In this document: piece by piece, positions 19,861-28,390 of the stretch | Layout of the letters: every line of letters begins with the position of its first letter | How positions within the stretch are numbered: the first letter of the stretch is position 1 | Origin: a bacterium | GTDB lineage: Bacteria > Hydrothermota > Tepidihabitantia > SM23-42 > JAOAFX01 | Reading direction: 5' to 3' | DNA length: 64,000 bases | NCBI GenBank assembly: GCA_036796695.1 | Contig: DAIRCK010000012.1 | Location: forward strand, 8,524 to 72,523 | Made by a program: the position numbers and the translations under genes | The notes under the pieces: generated by a model | What the model saw: only the letters and a program-made list of their open reading frames with translations | The model's database searches: none | Told to the model about the DNA's origin: nothing

Positions 19861-20435
19861 ATCACCCCTTTTGTGCTCGGCACATAGTCTTTGTTAATTG
19901 TGCATGCCTGTTTTAGGGCATGGGCAAATGCCTTGAATATTGCCTCAAGTTTGTGATGGTCAGACCTTCCACATATTAATTGAATGTGTAAAGTGCACTG
20001 GCATCCATTAGCAAACCCGGCAAAAAAATCCTGTATTACATCGGTCTTCAACTCACCGATTTTGTCGCTTCTAAAACTGCCCGAGAATTTCAAAAAAGTC
20101 CTGCCTGAGATATCAATCGCAACCATTGCCAGTGCTTCATCCATTGGATATATGAAGCACCCTGCCCGATTTATTCCTTTCTTATCTCCTAATGCCTTAT
20201 TCAATGCAAGACCGAGACAAAGACCTGTATCCTCAACCAGATGGTGCTGGTCAACTTCAATATCACCGTTTATCTTTGCCTTTATATCAAATCCGCTGTG
20301 CCGACTCAATGTTTCAAGCATATGATTCAAAAATCCAATCGGTGATTCAATATCCGATTCTCCTTTACCTTCTATTTTTAATCTTATATGAATATCTGTC
20401 TCCTTCGTCTTTCTTTCTATCTCCCCTTTTCGCAT
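19857..20435 (-). CDS. hisB: Imidazoleglycerol-phosphate dehydratase
   Basis: R-TKET-I-I-L...D-HH--EDTG--LG-A. Confidence 0.9.
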   Translation of the reverse strand: MRKGEIERKTKETDIHIRLKIEGKGESDIESPIGFLNHMLETLSRHSGFDIKAKINGDIEVDQHHLVEDTGLCLGLALNKALGDKKGINRAGCFIYPMDEALAMVAIDISGRTFLKFSGSFRSDKIGELKTDVIQDFFAGFANGCQCTLHIQLICGRSDHHKLEAIFKAFAHALKQACTINKDYVPSTKGVI

Positions 20436-21493
20436 CCTGCACCTCCTTTTTTTAATATCTGATTTAAATTTTTTAAAAATGTATCATTCTCTTCAGGCTT
20501 TCCAATTGTTACCCTGAGCATATCTTTTAAAAGAGGATTACTGAACCTCCGCAAAAGTATACCTTTTTTATAGAGCCGCTCAAATAATGACCCTGCTGAA
20601 TGATTTTTTATTTTAAAGAGAATAAAATTCGCCCTTGATGGAACTGGACTTATTTGGGGAATGACCTCTAATTCCCTGAATACCCTCTCCCTTTCCTTAA
20701 CAATCTTATCAACAACCATTTTAACAAACCTTCTTTTCTTTAACAAATAATCACCTGCGACCTGCTGGAATATTCCTACAGAGAATGGAAGTTTTGTTTT
20801 TACAATCTGTCTTGCTATCTCAGGTTGGGCAAGGAGATAACCGAGCCTTATCCCGGCAAGTCCAAAAGCCTTTGAGAATGTCCTCAGTATTAAGAGGTTA
20901 TCATACTTATTAAGGAGTCGCTGCGCAGTCAAACCATAAAATTCAAAATATGCCTCGTCAATTACTACAATGGACTTTTTCATTTTAACAATCTCTTCTA
21001 TCCCATCTATACTTATTGAAGTTCCAGTTGGATTGTTTGGTGATGCGATGAATGTTATCCTTGAATTATATACATTCCTGCATAATCCCTCTACATCAAA
21101 AGAGAAGTCTTCTTTGAGTCGCACCTCATTTATTCTCAGGTTCATTATCTTTGATAGATATGGATAGATTGCAAAACCCGGTGTAATAAGTGTAACATTA
21201 TCGCCTTTATCACAATAGGTAAGGATTATTGCGAGTATCAATTCGTTTGAACCATTACCGATTATTGTCCCTTCAACTGGAAAATCTGTATAACGGGAAA
21301 GGGACTTCTTTAAACTTAGTAATTCGTTTGATGGATACCTGTTCCAGGATAATCTAATCAGCCTATTTGCTATCTCTTTTTTGTATTCTAATGGTATATC
21401 AAATGGCGATTCATTCTGATTCAATTTTATCCTTGCCTCCTGGGGAACCTCATAAGCGGGCAACTGGATTACTGAATCTTTGATTCTTATCAT
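20417..21493 (-). CDS. hisC: Histidinol-phosphate aminotransferase
   Basis: Class II aminotransferase; ...KLNQNESP... and the SKAFGLAG-R-GY PLP-lysine region. Confidence 0.85.
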   Translation of the reverse strand: MIRIKDSVIQLPAYEVPQEARIKLNQNESPFDIPLEYKKEIANRLIRLSWNRYPSNELLSLKKSLSRYTDFPVEGTIIGNGSNELILAIILTYCDKGDNVTLITPGFAIYPYLSKIMNLRINEVRLKEDFSFDVEGLCRNVYNSRITFIASPNNPTGTSISIDGIEEIVKMKKSIVVIDEAYFEFYGLTAQRLLNKYDNLLILRTFSKAFGLAGIRLGYLLAQPEIARQIVKTKLPFSVGIFQQVAGDYLLKKRRFVKMVVDKIVKERERVFRELEVIPQISPVPSRANFILFKIKNHSAGSLFERLYKKGILLRRFSNPLLKDMLRVTIGKPEENDTFLKNLNQILKKGGAGCEKGR

Positions 21494-22344
21494 ACTACAA
21501 CCTTTCTGAATTCATATTCAAGGATGTCAGTCGCACCAAGTCTCTTTAACTGGGGAATAAGTTTTATTACCTCACTCTTCTTCACCGCCACCTTCACTGC
21601 AAATCCTCTTGCGCCATATAAAGGAGCCACAGTTGGCGAACGCATACAGGGCAAGATTTTGACAATTCTATCGAATTTCTCCTTAGGCACATTCATCTCA
21701 AGCATCACCCTTTCCCGCGCATCAAGCACTGATTGAAATAACATCCTTAATTCCTCAATTTTGTTTCTTTTCCAGGGGTCTTTAAGTATTTGCCTGCCTG
21801 CGATGAATCTCGTGGTTGATTCCATAATCACCTTAAATACTTTCAATTTATGCTCCCTCAAAGTATTCCCGGTTGCTGTGTTATCAATTATCATATCTGC
21901 GTCTTCAGGCGGAAAAACTTCAGTCGCTCCATAGGTGCGTAAGTATTTAAATCTGAACCCTTCTTTATTTAGAAAATCTCTGGTCAATCGTTCATACTCT
22001 GAGGCAACGATTATTTTTTTCTTACGCAGGGTTGAAATTTCTGTGGTTTCAGGGATTGCAGATACAATCTTTACTGGGTCTAATTTCAAATCCATAATCT
22101 CAATCACATCGGCATTTGATTCTATAACCCAATCCTTCCCTGTGAAACCCGCATCATGTGAACCAATCTCAATCAAATCCGGTATATTCTGGGGTCTGAG
22201 TATCTTAACTTGAAGTTCAGGGTCATTAACAAAAGGCCTGTAAACCCTTTCATTAATGTTAATATATATCCCTGCATCATTAAAAAGTCTGATCACGCCC
22301 TCAAAGATACTTCCTTTGGGTATGACAATTTTCAATCTTTTCAA
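21490..22344 (-). CDS. hisG: ATP phosphoribosyltransferase, long form with C-terminal regulatory domain; TTG start
   Basis: LKIVIPKG---E-----F-DAG...D-GF-G-DWV... The RBS GGAGG lies 5 nt upstream of the TTG. Confidence 0.9.
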   Translation of the reverse strand: MKRLKIVIPKGSIFEGVIRLFNDAGIYININERVYRPFVNDPELQVKILRPQNIPDLIEIGSHDAGFTGKDWVIESNADVIEIMDLKLDPVKIVSAIPETTEISTLRKKKIIVASEYERLTRDFLNKEGFRFKYLRTYGATEVFPPEDADMIIDNTATGNTLREHKLKVFKVIMESTTRFIAGRQILKDPWKRNKIEELRMLFQSVLDARERVMLEMNVPKEKFDRIVKILPCMRSPTVAPLYGARGFAVKVAVKKSEVIKLIPQLKRLGATDILEYEFRKVVV

Positions 22345-22434
22345 TCAAACCTCCTTTCATTGATATAAATTCAAAGAATGGTTTTTTATATTTTTTTTAA
22401 TTTTATGGATTATGTATGTGGTAAAAAAGTCGTT

Positions 22435-22486
22435 GCACTTCCGGGACCAAAAAGGATATATTGACCCTTATTGGGCCCGGAAGTGC
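22435..22486 (-). terminator. Leader attenuator, an intrinsic terminator inside the his-trp-aro 5' leader: the 11-bp stem gcacttccggg/cccggaagtgc, followed on the minus strand by AACGACTTTTTTA
   Basis: An inverted repeat plus a T-run on the transcribed (minus) strand sits about 90 nt upstream of the hisG start. Confidence 0.55.
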
Positions 22487-22610
22487 CAATACCAGTAATG
22501 ATTAAAGTGGAATCTTGTGTGGTTGTGGTTAAGTGCAAATAAATCCGATGTTGTCCTTACAGAGCAATCGGTCTTTAAATATTTATTCAAATAAATCTTA
22601 ACCACGATGC

Positions 22611-22639
22611 AAGTATATTCAAAAAAAGAATTTTGTCAA
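22611..22639 (-). promoter_or_regulatory. Sigma70-type promoter of the his-trp-aro supraoperon (TTGACA-N17-TATACT on the minus strand)
   Basis: The reverse complement of 22634-22639 is TTGACA and of 22611-22616 is TATACT; the spacer is 17 nt. It lies downstream of the terminator of the preceding minus-strand gene. Confidence 0.55.
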
Positions 22640-22675
22640 GAAGAAAATGTAAATGAATATGACTATTAAAAGCAA

Positions 22676-22697
22676 GGGGGTGGCGAAAGCCACCCCC
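22676..22697 (-). terminator. Rho-independent terminator (gggggtggc-gaaa-gccaccccc, then a T-rich tract on the minus strand) for the upstream minus-strand T9SS gene
   Basis: A perfect 9-bp GC stem with a GAAA tetraloop; on the minus strand it is followed by TTGCTTTTAAT. Confidence 0.65.
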
Positions 22698-22715
22698 TGG
22701 ATTATGTATCAAAGT

Positions 22716-23850
22716 TTAATCCGCAATCACTATCTTAACGCAGCCTTTTAATGTTGATGTGTTTAACCGTATGAAATAAACCCCGGATTTTACATTCTCT
22801 CCATTACTATCTTTTCCATTCCAGACAAAATTGAATCCATCCTGTATCCAAATTCCTTTATAAAGTGTATTCACAAGTTTACCTGCAACATCATAGATAC
22901 TGCACTCAACAGATGTTCCCTTTTTGATTGGAGATAAAATGTGAACTATGTCTCTTGCTGGATTAGGATATACTGTCAAATAGAAATGATTATTTACATC
23001 TGTATTTTTTTCACTTTCTTGAGCTCCTACACCGTAGAAGCCGGCGACCTTTAAGACCGCCCCTGGACAGGAAGTTCAGGTACCGTACTGGTAAAGTGTT
23101 AACCAGTATGTCCCGTCTCTTGGATCACGAACAACACCCCGGATATTACAGGAATCTGCAGGGTATAATCTGAAGAAATTTATTTTCTGACAGTTCACAG
23201 GATTTAAAGCAAAGACACCTGCACTATCAAGGGTCGAACTGGTGTTGAAAAATGTGTATGCATTGAGTAAATGGGCCGGGTTAGCACCCTGGGCAGGGAC
23301 ATAATCAAGACATCTTGATCCATACCAGGCACCCTGATAAGGATGGTTCATCTGCCTGATTACCGTGCCCATTGTATCCACACAATAGATATATTGAGTC
23401 TGACCACCGCTCGACCTTCTATCTGAGATATAGATCTGACGATTTGTATTATCCCAGGCAAGTCCACAAGGATAATCAATATAAGAGACACTGAAAGAAC
23501 GTAGGACTGCCCCGGATGTATTTATTTTATAAACAGTCTTGTGGCGTTTATTCAGAACCCAGAATGTATTGTCATAGGCGCAGTATTTTAAATCCACACA
23601 ACCACTGTCATTATTTGGAGCGGGAATCGTGCCATAACTTGTAACGAAACTGTCTGAAGAAGCGATGTAGATGACCTGTGTTGTGTAATTAACATAATAG
23701 ATACGATTCGTATTCGGGTTATAAGTAATTCCATAGGTTCCCTGAGGATAAACACCCCTTAACCAGTATCTTTCACCAATCAATCGCGTAGGAGATTGAG
23801 GCCGTAATTACAATTAGAACGAGGCTTGAAAAGATTATTTTTTTAACCAT
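22716..23850 (-). pseudogene. Disrupted T9SS cargo gene: signal-peptide ORF (MVKKIIFSSLVLIVITASISYAIDW*, 23771-23850), frameshift into the 235-aa beta-propeller-like body (23076-23783), then a single in-frame TGA (23076-23078) before the intact T9SS CTD (22716-22979)
   Basis: The reading frame runs continuously across the TGA (…YQYGT*TSCPGAVLKVAGFYGVGAQESEKNTDVNNHFYLTVYPNPARD…). The signal peptide is in a different frame from the body, and the repeated gattgattgg sits at the junction. Confidence 0.55.
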
Positions 23851-23875
23851 AATGCCTCCTTTTACCTATAATGTT

Positions 23876-23903
23876 ATTTTATTCAGATTTTCTCCTTTGT
23901 CAA
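23876..23903 (-). promoter_or_regulatory. Promoter of the disrupted T9SS gene (TTGACA-N16-TAAAAT, minus strand), followed by an AGGAGG RBS
   Basis: The hexamers can be read on the reverse complement; a 5' UTR of about 25 nt carries the RBS. Confidence 0.45.
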
Positions 23904-23921
23904 TGGCTTATGGATAAAATC

Positions 23922-26063
23922 TTATAGTGATGAGAATTCCCCAGGATGGACTTTGAATAATCCAAAGCCCACAACAAAATTCCAGAGTATGAATATCAAA
24001 GATGTGTTTGGTATTCCAAGTATTGGAATGAAGAGTATTGTTGTAATCAATGCCCCAAAACTCGCACCAAAAAGGTCAGTGCCATAAAGGATAGCAGCTT
24101 TCGGTTCACCAGCAATCTTTATTGCCAGTGGAAAATACATACCCACAAGAAATCCACCGATGAATACTAAAAGGGCAATGATGTAATTTGCATAGGATCC
24201 ATTTGTAAGTGCGAAGAGTAAGATTATTAAAAAATAAATACCGATGGCGCATTGAGTTGCTGATAACATACAAAGGTTCTTCCGGGATAGAGCAGAAGAT
24301 TGAAAGGATTTTATAATCCTGATTGAAAACAGAGTTCCTGATGCGAGTCCAAACATAAATAAACCTATGATAATTCCTATCCAGTTATAGACATATCCAT
24401 ATAGCACCTGGAATAATATCAAGAGTATTATCTCAGATGATATCCCTGCGGCACCGGTGGTGAATACTGATAGATAAATGACCGTCTTGCGATGCAAGAA
24501 GAAAAAAACAGGAAGTAAAAGTAAGAAGAAAAATCCTGATGGGATATTAAAGATTTTTATGAATAATTTTTTAAGCCCTTCAGATGAAATTCCACCCCAT
24601 AATAAGGCGTTGAAATAATAACAAACAGGCTTTAAATCGGTATTGATATAAGGTGTTGTTTTTTCAATTGATTGATTGATATATTTAATCCTTTCTTCTG
24701 TTAAACTATAGTCAAAAAAATATTGATTTACATAAAGAAGAGCAAGATTCCTATCCTGGATATTTTTCTTTAAAACCTCTTTGATTTCCATTCCAATTTC
24801 ATAATCCATTGCAATATATGTTGCTTTAGAAACAGGGAGTATGTGGACACCTTTAAAGACCTGTTTTAGTGTATTCTTAATCGTGCCCAGAAACTGGCTA
24901 TAAACAGGGCTGAGGATATCGGGTGTATAATTGACTCTTATGCAGAATATACCGTCCTTATTGAGTCTACTTTTTGATTCCTGAAAAAATTTTAGGGTGT
25001 AGTATCTATTCAATTGGGCATTTATCGGGTCAGAAAGATTGATAATAATACAATCAAATTGTTCCTTTGTATTCTTTATGTAATATCGACCATCACCTAT
25101 AAGCACATTTACCCTGTTATCAGAAATCTTAGAACCAATATATTTTTTAGAGATTTCAATTATCTTCGGATCGAGTTCCAGATAATTCAATTTCTTAATT
25201 GAAGGATGTTTTAGGATCTCATTTATACCCCCACCCATCCCACCGCCGATAAACAAAACATCTTCAGGTTTTTTATGAACCAATAATGGATAATGGACAG
25301 CCTCCTCTGAAGAATAAATATCTGGATATGCAAAATCAAAGATTCCGTTTAAATAACAATTTATCTGGTCACCAGTTCTTGTTAAAATAATATTCCCGTA
25401 TTTTGATTCAAAGACATCAATAAGACTTTGATGGGGCATCTGGAGTTTTCTCAATTGAAATTCTATGTGATTTACACCAATAAGCAAAAATAACGAAAAT
25501 ATAGAAATTAGCAAAAAAATTCTTTTTTTGATACATAGGTATCCGGCAAATAACAATAATGATATGAGTATAATAAAAATCCCAGAAGGAGGGATAATGG
25601 ATATTAAAATAAAAGATAATATGATACCACCAAAAAAAGAACCGATACATTCAATAAAATATACCTTTTGTGGTTTTAAAATAAAAGAGGCAGCAGGAAA
25701 CAGGGCACCGAAAATGATACAGGACGGAGATAGTGTAATGAATGAAATCATTATTATCCTGTAGAAATCAATGAATTCACCGAATGGTATTGAAAGAATA
25801 CCTCGTGCACTCCTTATGAATATAAAAGAAAATGTCAAACAGAAACACAATAAAAATAGAAGATACGCATAATTTTTTTCCGACTTATTTCTGAAATTTA
25901 TTTTTGAATATACAAGACTTCCCAGCCCGGTCAATAAGAGCCACAGGCATAAAACAATACCTGAAATCAATTCATTGCTCGAGAAAAACCCAAGCATTTC
26001 GCGGATGATTATTGTTTGGGCAATAACCGCCGCAATACCAGAGATAAATACTGCAACCTGCAT
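23922..26063 (-). CDS. Polytopic membrane protein with a central spermidine-synthase-like (polyamine aminopropyltransferase) domain
   Basis: More than 10 hydrophobic helices flank VLFIGGGMGG...LELDP-II...VLIGDGR-Y....FD-II-NL-DP, the SpeE-type Rossmann fold. Confidence 0.7.
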   Translation of the reverse strand: MQVAVFISGIAAVIAQTIIIREMLGFFSSNELISGIVLCLWLLLTGLGSLVYSKINFRNKSEKNYAYLLFLLCFCLTFSFIFIRSARGILSIPFGEFIDFYRIIMISFITLSPSCIIFGALFPAASFILKPQKVYFIECIGSFFGGIILSFILISIIPPSGIFIILISLLLFAGYLCIKKRIFLLISIFSLFLLIGVNHIEFQLRKLQMPHQSLIDVFESKYGNIILTRTGDQINCYLNGIFDFAYPDIYSSEEAVHYPLLVHKKPEDVLFIGGGMGGGINEILKHPSIKKLNYLELDPKIIEISKKYIGSKISDNRVNVLIGDGRYYIKNTKEQFDCIIINLSDPINAQLNRYYTLKFFQESKSRLNKDGIFCIRVNYTPDILSPVYSQFLGTIKNTLKQVFKGVHILPVSKATYIAMDYEIGMEIKEVLKKNIQDRNLALLYVNQYFFDYSLTEERIKYINQSIEKTTPYINTDLKPVCYYFNALLWGGISSEGLKKLFIKIFNIPSGFFFLLLLPVFFFLHRKTVIYLSVFTTGAAGISSEIILLILFQVLYGYVYNWIGIIIGLFMFGLASGTLFSIRIIKSFQSSALSRKNLCMLSATQCAIGIYFLIILLFALTNGSYANYIIALLVFIGGFLVGMYFPLAIKIAGEPKAAILYGTDLFGASFGALITTILFIPILGIPNTSLIFILWNFVVGFGLFKVHPGEFSSL

Positions 26064-26068
26064 AGAAG

Positions 26069-26096
26069 AGTATAATTAAATTTTTTTGGTTATCAA
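26069..26096 (-). promoter_or_regulatory. Promoter TTGATA-N16-TATACT (minus strand) only 5 nt upstream of the ATG; leaderless
   Basis: Read on the reverse complement of 26061-26100. Confidence 0.5.
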
Positions 26097-26106
26097 TATT
26101 TTTTTC

Positions 26107-26134
26107 TTGACTCTCCATCTTTTCTGCATAAAAT
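26107..26134 (+). promoter_or_regulatory. Promoter TTGACT-N16-TAAAAT for the thioredoxin-fold gene; the AAGGAGG RBS follows
   Basis: The hexamers and spacing are seen directly. Confidence 0.5.
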
Positions 26135-26155
26135 AACAGGGTCAAAGGAGGTTTG

Positions 26156-26422
26156 ATGAAAAAGATCTATATTTTTGGCAAACAGACCTGTCCGGTTTGT
26201 AAGGATGCCTATGAGAAATTTTGCTATTTTAAAGAAAAAAAGGGTTTTGATGCACCGATTGAATATATTGATATGGATACTGTTGACGGTATGGCAGAAG
26301 GTGCATTTTACGAAGTTTCAGATATCCCAACAATCATCATATTTGAAGATGGAAATGAGGTCATACGCTGGGCAAAAAAACCACCGGTGAGTGAGGAATT
26401 CTTACCCTATCTGGTAAAGTAA
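26156..26422 (+). CDS. Small thioredoxin/glutaredoxin-fold protein (C-P-V-C motif)
   Basis: YIFGKQTCPVCKDA... is a typical Trx-fold CxxC motif. The start ATG lies after the RBS. Confidence 0.6.
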   Translation: MKKIYIFGKQTCPVCKDAYEKFCYFKEKKGFDAPIEYIDMDTVDGMAEGAFYEVSDIPTIIIFEDGNEVIRWAKKPPVSEEFLPYLVK

Positions 26423-26482
26423 TTTTATTACTTTGATCTCGTGAGGTAAATCATAAATCCAGGTATAAAAAAAATTAAAAAA

Positions 26483-27244
26483 TTGAGAAATATCCTCAAA
26501 AGATTCCCGGGTGTTGTAGTTGCTTTCTCAGGTGGAGTTGACTCAACATTCCTTTTAAAAATAGCGTCAGATATCCTTAAAGATAATGTTATTGCCGTAA
26601 CTGCCACATCACCCCTTTATCCTGAAACCGAATTGAAACAGGCAAAAAGGATTGCCAGACTATTAGATGTTGAACACATAATTATAAATTCAAATGAACT
26701 TGAAAATAAATATTTTAAAAATAATCCGCTCGATCGTTGTTTCTATTGCAAGGTTGAGTTGTTTAGAAAAATAAAAAAGATTGCCCAAAAAAAAGGTTAT
26801 ACTGTTATTGAAGCAAGCAATTATTCTGATTTGAATGATTTTAGACCTGGATTAAAGGCAGCAAAAAAACTCGGCATTGTATCACCATTGATAGAAGCAA
26901 AATTAAAAAAAGATGAAATCCGATATTTTGCCCGACAATATAAATTGCCGAACTGGAACAAACCTTCAATGGCATGCCTTGCCTCCAGAATTCCCTATGG
27001 GACTGAGATAAATAGAAAAATCTTAAAGCGGGTTGAAAAAGGAGAGGATTTCTTAAAAAAATTAAAATTTTCACAGTGCCGGCTCCGGGACCATTTTCCT
27101 GTTGCCCGGATTGAAATAATGGAAGATGAATTTGAAAGATTGATTAAAAAGAGAAAAAAAATTATTAGATATTTCAAAAAAATTGGGTACAAATATACCA
27201 CCCTTGATTTAGAAGGTTATAGAACCGGAAGTATGAATTTATGA
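26483..27244 (+). CDS. larE: LarE-family PP-loop ATP pyrophosphatase (sulfur insertase of nickel-pincer nucleotide cofactor biosynthesis), three-cysteine variant
   Basis: The PP-loop VAFSGGVDST plus RPGLKA, LPNWNK, SMACLASRIPYGT and TLDLEGYRTGSMN all match LarE. Cysteines in CFYC and MACLASR suggest the Fe-S-dependent, non-sacrificial type. Confidence 0.8.
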   Translation: MRNILKRFPGVVVAFSGGVDSTFLLKIASDILKDNVIAVTATSPLYPETELKQAKRIARLLDVEHIIINSNELENKYFKNNPLDRCFYCKVELFRKIKKIAQKKGYTVIEASNYSDLNDFRPGLKAAKKLGIVSPLIEAKLKKDEIRYFARQYKLPNWNKPSMACLASRIPYGTEINRKILKRVEKGEDFLKKLKFSQCRLRDHFPVARIEIMEDEFERLIKKRKKIIRYFKKIGYKYTTLDLEGYRTGSMNL

Positions 27245-28329
27245 CCCCCTTAAAGACTATCGCAAAGACATTTTTCAAGATTGGACTCATCGGTTTTGGT
27301 GGTGGTCCCGGGATGCTGGCAATAATAAGGTCTGAATGTGTCAAAAAGAAAAAACTCGTATGTGATGATGAACTGACTACTGCGGTCGCAATAGGACAGA
27401 TGTTGCCCGGACCATTTGTGCCAAATTACTGTGAATATATTGGATATTGTCTTGCTGGTTTAAAAGGAGCAGTTGTAGCGGGAATTTTTTTACTACTACC
27501 CTCGTTCATTATTATGCTCATACTTTCTTATTTATATTTTTCTTTTCATACACTGCCTGCAATCAACCAGGTCTTTAAAGGTATTGGTGCGGCTATGACT
27601 GCAATAATCATCTGGGCAGGGATTGATATGGGAAGGTTGATAATCAACAAGTTCAACCGGGTTATTGTTTTTGTCTTTGCCTTTATTCTATTTCTGGTTA
27701 AATTTGATCCGGTCCTTACTGTTCTCTCCGCCGGAGGTTTGAGTATAATACTTGAACAAATAAAATCGCCCAAAATTTTTCTTGCTGTGCCGATTTTTTT
27801 ATTTGATCTTAGAAAGGCGATTGAATTATTCGGTATATTTTTAAAGATTGGAGCAGTAATATTTGGTGGTGGCTATGCTGCAATTCCATTTATTCAAAAT
27901 GAAGTCTGTTTCTACCGGGACTGGCTTACCACAAGGGAGTTTCTTGATGGCTTTGCCCTCGGTCAGATAACGCCTGGTCCGGTTGCAATCACTGCTACAT
28001 TTGTTGGTTTCAAAGTGATGGGTATCATAGGGGCATTGATTTCTACAATCGGGATCTTTCTTCCGTCATTTCTAATGCTCATCATTTTAATAAAGGTATA
28101 CAAAAAAATTGAACAAAATTGCTATGTTCAATCGTTTTTAAATGGGGTAAAATCAGCAGTCGTTGCAATTCTTTTATCAACGGGAATTTTTTTCATTCCT
28201 GTGAATTGGTTTAATATCGTCTATGGAATATTTGGACTTCTGTGTCTTTTTATATTGCTCGTCGTAAAAAAAATTGATCCATTTATAATTGTAGTTGTCG
28301 GCGTTATCCTTGGATTGATAATCGGATAG
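27241..28329 (+). CDS. chrA: Chromate transporter family protein (two CHR domains)
   Basis: FFKIGLIGFGGGPGMLAIIR... recurs in the second half as FLKIGAVIFGGGYAAIPFIQ. Confidence 0.8.
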   Translation: MTPLKTIAKTFFKIGLIGFGGGPGMLAIIRSECVKKKKLVCDDELTTAVAIGQMLPGPFVPNYCEYIGYCLAGLKGAVVAGIFLLLPSFIIMLILSYLYFSFHTLPAINQVFKGIGAAMTAIIIWAGIDMGRLIINKFNRVIVFVFAFILFLVKFDPVLTVLSAGGLSIILEQIKSPKIFLAVPIFLFDLRKAIELFGIFLKIGAVIFGGGYAAIPFIQNEVCFYRDWLTTREFLDGFALGQITPGPVAITATFVGFKVMGIIGALISTIGIFLPSFLMLIILIKVYKKIEQNCYVQSFLNGVKSAVVAILLSTGIFFIPVNWFNIVYGIFGLLCLFILLVVKKIDPFIIVVVGVILGLIIG

Positions 28330-28347
28330 GTTCAAATAGTTCTGGAC

Positions 28348-28375
28348 TTGACTTTTAGTGCATTTTAACTAAAAT
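28348..28375 (+). promoter_or_regulatory. Promoter TTGACT-N16-TAAAAT upstream of bioY, then an AGGAGG RBS
   Basis: Seen directly. Confidence 0.5.
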
Positions 28376-28390
28376 ATTCCAGGAGGTAAA

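Noticed and set aside
7918-21736. Many 60-190-aa ORFs antisense to the his/trp/aro genes (for example 8244-8690, 10714-11274, 18001-18477, 15015-15338)
   Set aside because: They lie entirely within well-supported conserved genes on the opposite strand and have AT-rich, codon-biased, low-complexity translations. They are artefacts of the six-frame ORF search.
22345-22603. Possible T-box riboswitch in the hisG leader
   Set aside because: A terminator and upstream helices are present. However, no match was found to the conserved T-box sequence (AAUUAGGGUGGNACCGCG) and there is no obvious specifier loop with a His codon. A peptide-based or other attenuator is more consistent with the sequence.
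23076-23078. In-frame TGA as selenocysteine or as evidence of an alternative genetic code (TGA=Gly/Trp)
   Set aside because: Dozens of other genes in the window terminate normally at TGA with the expected protein lengths. No SECIS-like hairpin follows the codon, and a second lesion (a frameshift) in the same gene favours a pseudogene or a sequencing error.
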